From the NCBI GenBank assembly GCA_964549495.1, contig CAZJWJ010000001.1:3020-67019 (forward strand): a stretch of 64,000 nucleotides of DNA, read 5' to 3'. This DNA is from an uncultured Anaerolineales bacterium. Its GTDB lineage: Bacteria > Chloroflexota > Anaerolineae > Epilineales > Epilineaceae. How positions within the stretch are numbered: position 1 is the stretch's first letter; each line of letters begins with the position of its first letter. The position numbers and the translations under genes were made by a program. The notes beneath the pieces were generated by a model, which did not search any database, was not told the origin of the DNA, and worked only from the letters and a program-made list of their open reading frames with translations. Positions 7,832 to 15,379 of this stretch are shown here, piece after piece.

Positions 7832-9000
7832 AGATCGCCCTCTTGACGCTCAACGGCCGCAGCTACACCGCCAAGCGCCTGCGCGAGGCGGCCCGCGCGC
7901 GCGGGCACACGATCCGCGTGATGCGCACCGATCGCTTCAACATCTCGGTCGAGACCGGGCAGCCGGATCTCTACTACCGCGGCCGGCACGTGCTGCACGT
8001 GGACGCCGCCATCCCGCGCATCGGGGTCTCGATCACCCATTTCGGCACGGCGGTGGTGCGCCAGCTGGAGCAGATGGAGGTCTTCTGCCTCAACGGCTCG
8101 CTGGGCATCGCCAACGCGCGCGACAAGCTGCGCGGCCTGCAGATCCTGGCCCGGCACGACATCGGCATCCCGGCCACCAGCTTCGTGCGCGACAAGGCCG
8201 ACGTGCTGCCGGCCATCGGGCGGGTGGGCGGCGCGCCGGTGATCATCAAGCTGCTCGAGGGTACGCAGGGCTCGGGGGTGGTGCTGGCCGAGACGACCCA
8301 GATCGCCTCGGCCATCGTGCAGGCGCTGCACAGCGCGCAACAAAATGTGCTGGTGCAGAAGTTCGTGGCCGAGAGCCGCGGCCGCGACATCCGCGCCCTG
8401 GTGGTGGGCGACGAGGTGGTGGCGGCCATGCGCCGCGTGGCCCGCGAGGGCGAGTTCCGCAGCAACGTGCACCTGGGCGCCAGCACCGAGGCGGTCGATC
8501 TGGACCCCGAAGCGGCGCGGGTGGCGGTGCGAGCGGCGCAGATCATGGGCCTTCGGGTGGCCGGCGTGGACATGCTGGAGAGCGAGAGCGGGCCGCAGGT
8601 CATCGAGGTCAACTCCTCGCCGGGCCTGGAGGGCATCGAGGGCGCGACCGGGGTGGATGTGGCCGGCGCGATCGTCGAGCACGGCGAGGAGCACGTGCTC
8701 TTCCCGGATCTGGACATCCGCCAGCGCCTGACGGTCAGCCGCGGCTACGGGGTCTGTGAGCTGCCGGTGCCCAAGGGCTCGCCCTTGATCGGCCAGAGCA
8801 TCGAGGAAGGGCTGCGCGAGCAGGACATCGCGGCGCTCAGCCTGCACCGCGAGGGCACGGTGATCCCCAACCCGCGCGGTGGCCGCGTGCTGCAAAAGGG
8901 CGATCGGCTGCTCTGTTACGGCCGGCTGGAGACCATGCGCGGCCTCTTGCCGCCCAAGCCCAAGCGGCGTCGGCGGCGCAAGAGCCCCAAACGTGGCTGA
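7828..9000 (+). CDS. RimK/LysX-family ATP-grasp alpha-L-glutamate-type ligase fused to a TrkA-C (RCK_C)-like domain and a polybasic tail
   Basis: ATGA overlap at 7828. RimK-like motifs are MKIALLT..., PVIIKLLEGTQGSGVVLAE, GEFRSNVHLGA and VIEVNSSPGLEGIE. The C-terminal stretch is PLIGQSIEEGLREQDIAALSLHREGTVIPNPRGGRVLQKGDRLLCYG, followed by PPKPKRRRRRKSPKRG. Confidence 0.8.
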   Translation: MKIALLTLNGRSYTAKRLREAARARGHTIRVMRTDRFNISVETGQPDLYYRGRHVLHVDAAIPRIGVSITHFGTAVVRQLEQMEVFCLNGSLGIANARDKLRGLQILARHDIGIPATSFVRDKADVLPAIGRVGGAPVIIKLLEGTQGSGVVLAETTQIASAIVQALHSAQQNVLVQKFVAESRGRDIRALVVGDEVVAAMRRVAREGEFRSNVHLGASTEAVDLDPEAARVAVRAAQIMGLRVAGVDMLESESGPQVIEVNSSPGLEGIEGATGVDVAGAIVEHGEEHVLFPDLDIRQRLTVSRGYGVCELPVPKGSPLIGQSIEEGLREQDIAALSLHREGTVIPNPRGGRVLQKGDRLLCYGRLETMRGLLPPKPKRRRRRKSPKRG

Positions 9001-10081
9001 TTCCAAGGTCGGCGCCGGCCTGCTCGAATTGGCCGGCGAGTCGATCGCGTTGGGCGAGACCCGCGACCTGCTCTTGCCGATCAGCCAGCAGTACAGCGGC
9101 CAGCCGGTGGAGCTGCCCATCCGCGTCTGGCGCGCCGAGGCGCCGGGGCCGACGCTCCTGGTGACGGCGGCCATCCACGGCGACGAGCTCAACGGCACGG
9201 GCATCGTCCGGGCCCTGGCCAGCGACCCGCCCTTCGACTTGGTCCGCGGCAGCCTGGTGATGCTCCCGGTGGTCAACCTGCCGGCCTTCGAGCGCCATTC
9301 GCGCTACCTGCCCGACCGGCGCGACCTGAACCGCCAGTTCCCGGGCCGGGCCACCGGCAACTTGGCCAGCCGCTACGCGGCCACGCTCTTCGAGGCCCTG
9401 ATACCCATCTGCGACTACGGCATCGACCTGCATTCGGCGGCGATCCGGCGGACCAACTTTCCCAACCTGCGCGCCGACTTGAACGATGCCGGCACCCGCC
9501 GCTTGGCCCGCGCTTTCGGTTGCGAATTGACCATCCACGGCAAGGGGCCGCGCGGCTCCTTCCGCCGCGCCGCGACCAAGGCCGGCTGCCCGACCATCAT
9601 CCTGGAGGCCGGCGAGATCTGGAAGATCGAGCCCTCGGTGGTCGAGATCGGCCTGCGCGGCCTGCGCAACGTGGCCATCGCCCTGGGCATGGCCGAGGGC
9701 AAGCCCCGACTCCCGCCCTTCCAGGCCAACGTCCTGCGCAGCACCTGGCTGCGTGCCGAGGCCGGCGGCCTGCTCCAATTCCACGTCGCCCCCGGCGAGC
9801 CGGTCGACCGCCACCAGGCCCTGGCCACCGTCACCGACCTGCTCGGCCGCTCGCGCCACTTACTTCGAGCCCCTCGCGGCGGCCTGGTCCTGGGCTTGAC
9901 CACCATGCCGGCCGTCACCCCGGGCGAACCCATCTGCAATCTGGCCCATCCCCAGGGCGGCATGCGCCGGGTCCGCGCGGCGCTGGCGGGTGTGGCCGAC
10001 GACGCGCTGGCCGAGCGGCTGCGGCAGGACCTGGCGACCAACGTGGAGGTGCAGTCGCCGGGTGGGACGGCGGATCGCTAG
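8993..10081 (+). CDS. AstE/AspA-family (M14-like) zinc hydrolase, paralogue 2
   Basis: A GTG at 8993 overlaps the rimK-like stop (GTGGCTGA). Motifs AAIHGDELNG, DLNRQFPG and IDLHSAA are parallel to paralogue 1. The track ORF start at 8879 would overlap rimK-like by 120 nt, so I moved it. Confidence 0.75.
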   Translation: MADSKVGAGLLELAGESIALGETRDLLLPISQQYSGQPVELPIRVWRAEAPGPTLLVTAAIHGDELNGTGIVRALASDPPFDLVRGSLVMLPVVNLPAFERHSRYLPDRRDLNRQFPGRATGNLASRYAATLFEALIPICDYGIDLHSAAIRRTNFPNLRADLNDAGTRRLARAFGCELTIHGKGPRGSFRRAATKAGCPTIILEAGEIWKIEPSVVEIGLRGLRNVAIALGMAEGKPRLPPFQANVLRSTWLRAEAGGLLQFHVAPGEPVDRHQALATVTDLLGRSRHLLRAPRGGLVLGLTTMPAVTPGEPICNLAHPQGGMRRVRAALAGVADDALAERLRQDLATNVEVQSPGGTADR

Positions 10082-10108
10082 ACCAAGGCCCATGCTATCA
10101 TCCCAGGC

Positions 10109-12475
10109 ATGAGCGAAAAGGACCCGAATCCCCGCTTCTTCGACGTCGTCGGCATGGATTGCCCCAGCTGCGCGCGCAACCTGGAGGCCGGCCTCGGCCG
10201 GCTGGATGGCGTGACCAGCTGCCGCGTGAACTACGGCACGCGCAAGATGGAGCTCGAGGGCGATGCAGCGCGCGAGGCCATCGCCGAACGGGTGAAGGCC
10301 CTGGGCTACGAGCTGGTCGAGCCGGGCGCGGGAGTGTCCAGCGCCAGCGCAGCCGCTCGCGGTGGTCTCTGGGCCTACTTGGCCTCGCGGCCCGAGGGCC
10401 GGCTGGCGGCAATCGGCTTACCGCTGATCGTTCCCGGCCTGCTGTTGGGCGAACTGACGGGACGCGAAGCACCGCTATGGGCCTCGGCGCTGGCCCTCCT
10501 TGCCGCGGTGCTCACCGGCGGACCGGTGGTTCGGGCCGGCTGGCGCAGCCTGCGCTTCGGGCGCGCCATCGACATGAGCGTGCTGATGAGCATCGCCGGC
10601 CTGGGCGCGGTGGCCATCGGAGCCTGGGTCGAGGCCGGCATGCTGATGACCCTCTTCGCCATCGGCGAGGCCCTCGAGGGTTACACGGCCGATCGGGCGC
10701 GGCAGGCGGTCCAATCGCTCTTGGAGGCGGCGCCCAGCGATGCCACGCGCATCCGGCGGGCCGGGCAGGGCGCGCTCGAATTGAGCATGATCGAGGAAGA
10801 CGTCGACATCGACGACTTGGTGCCGGGCGACGTGATCCTGGTGCGGCCCGGCGGGCGCATCCCGGTCGACGGGCGGATCCTGGCCGGCGCCTCGGCGGTC
10901 GACGAGGCCGCGCTGACCGGCGAGCCCTTGCCCGTGACCCGCGGCGAGGGCGATGCGCTGCGGGCCGGCACGGTCAACGGCGAAGGCGCGCTGGAGGTCG
11001 AGGTGCTGCGGCCGGCCTCCGAGAGCACGCTGGCCCGCATCGTGGCCATGGTCGAGCAGGCCCAGGCCCGCGAGGCGCCCAGCCAGCGCATCATCGACCG
11101 CTTCGCGGCCGTCTACACACCGGCCGTGGTGGTCCTGGCGGCGGCGACGGTGCTGCTGCCGCCGCTGGTCTTCGGCCAGCCCCTGCTCGATCCGCCCGAT
11201 GGCGGCCGCGGCTGGCTCTATCGCGGGCTGGCGCTCTTGGTCGTGGCCTGCCCCTGCGCGCTGGTCATCGGCGCGCCGGTGGCCACCATCAGCGCCATCG
11301 CCAACGCGGCGCGCCATGGCGTGCTCTTCAAGGGCGGCGCGGTGCTCGAGCGCTTGGCTGAGGTGCGCGCGCTGGCCTTCGACAAGACCGGCACGCTGAC
11401 GCTGGGCAAGCCGACCGTCGTCGCGCTGCAATCGGTCGGCTGCCCGGTCGGTGGTCACGGGTTGGTCGAGAACGGCGACTCGATGGCGGCGGATGGACGG
11501 TTCACGGTCGCTGATCGGATAGCGGCCGGTGGCCGGGTCGCCGACACGAGCGCCTCACCGGCCACCCTGGCGCTGGCCTGCGAGCCCTGCGACATGCTCT
11601 TGGGCATGGCCGGCGCCGTGGAGCGCCGCAGCCAGCATCCGGCCGCCCGGGCGGTGGTGGCCGAGGCGCATCGGCGCGGGGTCGAGGATCGCTTCGCGCC
11701 GGCCGAGTCGGTGGAGTCGCTGACCGGCATGGGGGTGCGCGGCGCGGTGGCCGGCCGGCCGGTGACGGTGGCCAGCCATCGCTACTTCGACCAGGGCCTG
11801 CCCCACGACGACGAGCATTGCGCGGCGGCCGATCGCGAGATCCAGGCCGGCAACTCGCCCATCCTGGTCAGCGCCGGCCAGACCTACCTGGGCCGCATCA
11901 CCATCGCCGACCGGGTGCGCGAGAGCAGCCGGCAGTCGCTGGATCGCCTGCGCGAGCTCGGCCTGGGCGAGCAGGTGATGCTCACCGGCGACGTCCGCCC
12001 GGGCGCCGAGCGCGTGGCCCGCACCGTCGGTCTGGACGCGGAGCGCGTGCGGGCCGAGCTCTTGCCGGAGGAGAAGCTGAAGGCCATCGACGACTTGCGC
12101 CGACAGCACGGCCCGGTGGCCATGGTCGGCGACGGCATGAACGACGCGCCGGCCCTGGCCGCGGCCGACGTCGGCATCGCGGTGGCCGGCCCCGAGGGCA
12201 CGGCACAGGCCATGGAGACCGCCGACATCACCCTGATGGCCGGCGACCTGCACCAGCTGCCCTTCGCCTTCCGGGTGGCCCGTGCCGGCCGCCGGGGCGT
12301 CATCTTCAACGTGGTGCTGGCCTTGGCGATCAAGTTTGCCTTCGTGCTCCTGGTGCTGGCCGGCCTGGGCACCATGTGGATGGCGGTGCTGGCCGACGTC
12401 GGCGCGACGGTGCTGGTGACCCTGCTGGGCATGCGATTGTTGCGCCGACCGCTGCCGGAGCCGGTGCCGGCATGA
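10109..12475 (+). CDS. P1B-type heavy-metal-translocating ATPase (Zn/Cd/Co/Pb-type, ZntA/CadA-like)
   Basis: N-terminal HMA motif [17 protein letters not shown] motif (VACPCALV), phosphorylation site DKTGTLT, and hinge [10 protein letters not shown]. 788 aa. Confidence 0.9.
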   Translation: MSEKDPNPRFFDVVGMDCPSCARNLEAGLGRLDGVTSCRVNYGTRKMELEGDAAREAIAERVKALGYELVEPGAGVSSASAAARGGLWAYLASRPEGRLAAIGLPLIVPGLLLGELTGREAPLWASALALLAAVLTGGPVVRAGWRSLRFGRAIDMSVLMSIAGLGAVAIGAWVEAGMLMTLFAIGEALEGYTADRARQAVQSLLEAAPSDATRIRRAGQGALELSMIEEDVDIDDLVPGDVILVRPGGRIPVDGRILAGASAVDEAALTGEPLPVTRGEGDALRAGTVNGEGALEVEVLRPASESTLARIVAMVEQAQAREAPSQRIIDRFAAVYTPAVVVLAAATVLLPPLVFGQPLLDPPDGGRGWLYRGLALLVVACPCALVIGAPVATISAIANAARHGVLFKGGAVLERLAEVRALAFDKTGTLTLGKPTVVALQSVGCPVGGHGLVENGDSMAADGRFTVADRIAAGGRVADTSASPATLALACEPCDMLLGMAGAVERRSQHPAARAVVAEAHRRGVEDRFAPAESVESLTGMGVRGAVAGRPVTVASHRYFDQGLPHDDEHCAAADREIQAGNSPILVSAGQTYLGRITIADRVRESSRQSLDRLRELGLGEQVMLTGDVRPGAERVARTVGLDAERVRAELLPEEKLKAIDDLRRQHGPVAMVGDGMNDAPALAAADVGIAVAGPEGTAQAMETADITLMAGDLHQLPFAFRVARAGRRGVIFNVVLALAIKFAFVLLVLAGLGTMWMAVLADVGATVLVTLLGMRLLRRPLPEPVPA

Positions 12476-12507
12476 GGAACGACTCGGCGCCTTGATGCCG
12501 GCCAGGA

Positions 12508-13311
12508 TCACTCCCCCTCGATCAGCTCCCGCAGCGCGGCCTCGAAGTTGCGGAAGTCACCGTGCTGGTGGATGCCCTCGGCCTCTTCCTCGCTGATCGG
12601 GCCGGCCACCACGCGCGACATGGCAAAGACCGTCTCTTCGCCCTCGGCCGTTAGGTCGTAGGTTGTATCCATGACCGTGGCCGGCCCGAGCTGGGTCCGC
12701 ATGGTCACCTTGGCCGGTGGGTCCCAGTGCGTCACGTGGCCGTAGTGATGACCGCTGCCGTCTCCCCAGTCCTCGTAGAGCGCGCCGCCGACCCGCTCCT
12801 CGAGCACCACGGCGCGGGTGCGCTCGCCACCGTAGGTCAGGCGGAACCATTCCTGACTGCGGCGCGTGAGCACCTCGAAGACGGTTTCGGGCGCGGCGCT
12901 GAAGCGCAGCTCGTTCTCGATTCGGACGACGCGGTAGGTATCTCGATCCGACATGCTGTTCCCTTGCTCCTGCGTGGATTCCTGCTCGGAGGACGCCTCG
13001 GCCAGGCGCCCGATGGATAGGGCCTCGCCGGCCGCATCGCCGGCCAGCCGCGAGACCCAGCGCTCGTAGACGCGCTGAACCGGCGCCGCGTTGAGGTGGT
13101 TGAAGCGCTCACGACCCTGCCGGCGCACCAGGATCAGCCCCGCATCCGTCAGCACGCCCAGGTGCTGCATCACCGCAAAGCGGCTCAGCTCGGGCTGTGC
13201 CTCGGCCAGCTCGCCGGTCGTCCGCGGGCCGTCGCGCAGGGCATCCAGCAGCTGGCGTCGGGTGGGATTGGCCAGGGCCTTCCAGATGGCCGCATCATCG
13301 TTCGCGTTCAT
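12508..13311 (-). CDS. ArsR/SmtB-family HTH regulator fused to a C-terminal SRPBCC/AHSA1-like domain
   Basis: The ArsR pattern is present (WKALANPTRRQLLDALRDGPRTTGELAE...SRFAVMQHLGVLTDAGLILVRRQGRERF). About 150 aa of C-terminal SRPBCC-like sequence follow. I place the start at ATG 13311; the track start at 13329 is a GTG lying inside the palindrome. Confidence 0.75.
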   Translation of the reverse strand: MNANDDAAIWKALANPTRRQLLDALRDGPRTTGELAEAQPELSRFAVMQHLGVLTDAGLILVRRQGRERFNHLNAAPVQRVYERWVSRLAGDAAGEALSIGRLAEASSEQESTQEQGNSMSDRDTYRVVRIENELRFSAAPETVFEVLTRRSQEWFRLTYGGERTRAVVLEERVGGALYEDWGDGSGHHYGHVTHWDPPAKVTMRTQLGPATVMDTTYDLTAEGEETVFAMSRVVAGPISEEEAEGIHQHGDFRNFEAALRELIEGE

Positions 13312-13331
13312 ATGTGATAAGAATATCACAT
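13312..13331. promoter_or_regulatory. Candidate ArsR-type operator: ATGTGATA-AGAA-TATCACAT palindrome
   Basis: Perfect 8-bp arms with a 4-bp spacer, AT-rich in a GC-rich genome. It abuts the ATG of the ArsR-family gene and overlaps its putative -10. Confidence 0.5.
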
Positions 13332-13348
13332 GTCGTGATCGAGCGCAA
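13320..13348 (-). promoter_or_regulatory. Candidate sigma-70-type promoter for a leaderless ArsR-family transcript
   Basis: On the minus strand: TTGCGC (-37..-32 relative to the ATG), a 17-nt spacer, then TATTCT (-14..-9). There is no Shine-Dalgarno. The spacing predicts a transcription start at or next to the ATG. Confidence 0.35.
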
Positions 13349-13426
13349 GGCCTTGCCCGGTCCTGCTCGAATTCTCATGAACCGAGCGGTGATTCCCCGT
13401 GTATGATGCCCACGAGGAGAAAACCG

Positions 13427-15094
13427 ATGTCCCAACGAAGCCCCGCGCCGCTCGCGGCCCACCGCCGCGCCCTGCGCTGCTTGGCCCATCCGGCCTCGCT
13501 GGCGGCCATCGTCCTGCTACTGGCCAACGACCACGGGCTCAAGCAGGCCCACCCCTCTGCACTCACCGGCAAGCTCAGCGACCTGGCCGGCCTGCTCTTC
13601 TTCCCCTTCCTCATGGCCTTCTGCCTGGCCTGGTTGCCCGGGCTCGGGCGGGACGAAGTACGCCTGGGCCGGCTATCCATCGCCATCACCGCCCTCTGGT
13701 TCGCCGGCCTCCAGCTCAGCCCGCTGGTCGAAGCCGCCACCATGCGCCTGGTCGGCATGATCACCGGCGGTGATGGGGTCAACGTCCGTGACGCGACCGA
13801 CCTGGTGGCGCTGGCGATGCTCTGGCCGGCCTGGCGGATCTGGTACGCGGAGGATGAGATCGGCTCCACCAGCGGCGCTCGAGCCATCACCTGGTTACAT
13901 CGCAAGCCTCCATCGAGGCTTCGGCCGCTGCTCGGAAGCCTGGCGCTGGTCCTGGCCGCCTTCGCTACCCTGGCCACCAGCCCTCCTTACGAACCTCGAG
14001 TGCAGCAGCTCTTCGAGGTCGGAGATCGAGTCTGCACCAATGCGGTGGAGTTCGAGAACGACCTCTACTCCGTTGCATGCAGCGCGGATGGCGGGCGGAG
14101 CTGGCAGCCGGCAGATGATGTCGAGCCTCCGGAATACTCGAGAATGCAGCCTCCGGTGGCGATGGCCTGCGTGCCGCCGGATGACCGGGTCTGCTATCGA
14201 GCCGCGGGTGAGGAACGCATCGAGGTTACACAGGATGGCGGAAGAACTTGGAACCTGGCCTGGTCGATCCCGGAGTCGCGCCAAGGTTATCGAGACCGCA
14301 TTCTCTCTCCCCCATGGTTCTTCGGTCTGTCCTTCTCATCCTTCGATCCCGGCCCGGACTCGATGATCGTGATCGGCGACGACAGCTCGCATCACCTGAT
14401 CGTCGCGAACGGATCCGAAGGTGTGGTTCTGCGCGACATGAATGGTCGATGGACCCAGCACGGTGTGGGCTCCTTGCAGCCCATGCCGCTCCGAGTGTCC
14501 AGGGCCGGCGAGCTCCACCTGCTCCCAGTTACGCTCATCCCTGAGACCCTGACCGCAGGCTTCTTCACGGGCCTCCTCATGACCGTGACGCTGGCTCTGC
14601 ATTGGCCGGCGACAGCTCGAGCGGAATCGAGACCGAACGAAGATCCGGATTCCCGGCCCCGCGCCCCGATCTGGATCTGGCTCCTCGCTCCCATCGGGGT
14701 CATGCTGGCCTTCGCGCTCGGGCATTGGATCTATCTCGCGTTCTTCCCGCTGATCCTCATCGAACTCGCTCGAAACGGGACATGGGTCGAGCGTCTGGTC
14801 AGCATCGTCTTCCTGCTGCTGATGAGCCTTGCGCTGCTCAAGATCATTCTGCAGAGCGCATCACGGTTCGGGCGCTGGCGAGTCGAGATGCCCGCACGAT
14901 ATCGTTGGCTTCGCAGCGGCGTGATCTCGGGCATGCTCGGCCTGACCACCGCGATGGGCCCATTCGTTGCCTGGGCTGTCGGCTGGATCGATCGCTACCG
15001 CGACGCGGTCACCGTCGCGATCGTTCTCAGCTTCTGCATGATGGTCTATGTGGTCGTATACCGACGCAGTCCCAACGCCGCTCGGGACACGTGA
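13427..15094 (+). CDS. Polytopic membrane protein with a central BNR/Asp-box domain
   Basis: GAGGAG at 13414-13419 precedes ATG 13427. There are N- and C-terminal hydrophobic helix clusters. Asp-box motifs CSADGGRSWQP and VTQDGGRTWNL lie in the middle. Confidence 0.65.
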   Translation: MSQRSPAPLAAHRRALRCLAHPASLAAIVLLLANDHGLKQAHPSALTGKLSDLAGLLFFPFLMAFCLAWLPGLGRDEVRLGRLSIAITALWFAGLQLSPLVEAATMRLVGMITGGDGVNVRDATDLVALAMLWPAWRIWYAEDEIGSTSGARAITWLHRKPPSRLRPLLGSLALVLAAFATLATSPPYEPRVQQLFEVGDRVCTNAVEFENDLYSVACSADGGRSWQPADDVEPPEYSRMQPPVAMACVPPDDRVCYRAAGEERIEVTQDGGRTWNLAWSIPESRQGYRDRILSPPWFFGLSFSSFDPGPDSMIVIGDDSSHHLIVANGSEGVVLRDMNGRWTQHGVGSLQPMPLRVSRAGELHLLPVTLIPETLTAGFFTGLLMTVTLALHWPATARAESRPNEDPDSRPRAPIWIWLLAPIGVMLAFALGHWIYLAFFPLILIELARNGTWVERLVSIVFLLLMSLALLKIILQSASRFGRWRVEMPARYRWLRSGVISGMLGLTTAMGPFVAWAVGWIDRYRDAVTVAIVLSFCMMVYVVVYRRSPNAARDT

Positions 15095-15379
15095 CCGGGC
15101 TTTGGCCCGCGCTAGCGACGGTCAAGCGTCAGCCGATCGTCGGGCTCGGGCCTTGCCAGGCCGGCGGGCATCGGTTAAACTCGCGGGGTCTCGTGGCCCG
15201 TCCCGGCTTGATGCGAGGCGAATTTGGTGATTTGGTCGCATCCTTTGGTCATCGTGGCGCGTCGGAAGGACTGACACGGCTGTTCCCTCCGTAAGGTCTT
15301 GGCGCGCCAACCGGTCGAGCCGACGCAGGTCGATCGTCAACATCATCCTGGTCATCGCAGCACGGAAAGGTCCCGACCG

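Noticed and set aside
5535-9276. Long minus-strand ORFs 5535..6644 and 7216..9276, and plus-strand out-of-frame ORFs 5600..6799, 7075..7827 and 7818..8759
   Set aside because: They overlap the motif-bearing ATP-grasp/AstE genes. They are extremely Arg/Pro/Gly/Ala-rich and show no recognisable motifs.
9520-11458. 613-aa (+) and 327-aa (-) ORFs over the AstE-2/ATPase region
   Set aside because: They are out of frame or antisense to genes with unambiguous motifs (HGDELNG, DKTGTLT), with shadow-ORF composition.
12466-12502. GCCGGCAT ... ATGCCGGC inverted repeat between the convergent ATPase and ArsR-family genes as a bidirectional terminator
   Set aside because: The stem is 8 bp with a 21-nt loop, there is no U/A tracts, and the left arm lies inside the ATPase coding end. 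Too weak to call.
15223-15249. Three TTTGGT copies (15223, 15231, 15244) upstream of the M20 gene
   Set aside because: A 6-mer with irregular spacing (8 and 13 nt) is too weak to call a regulatory site.
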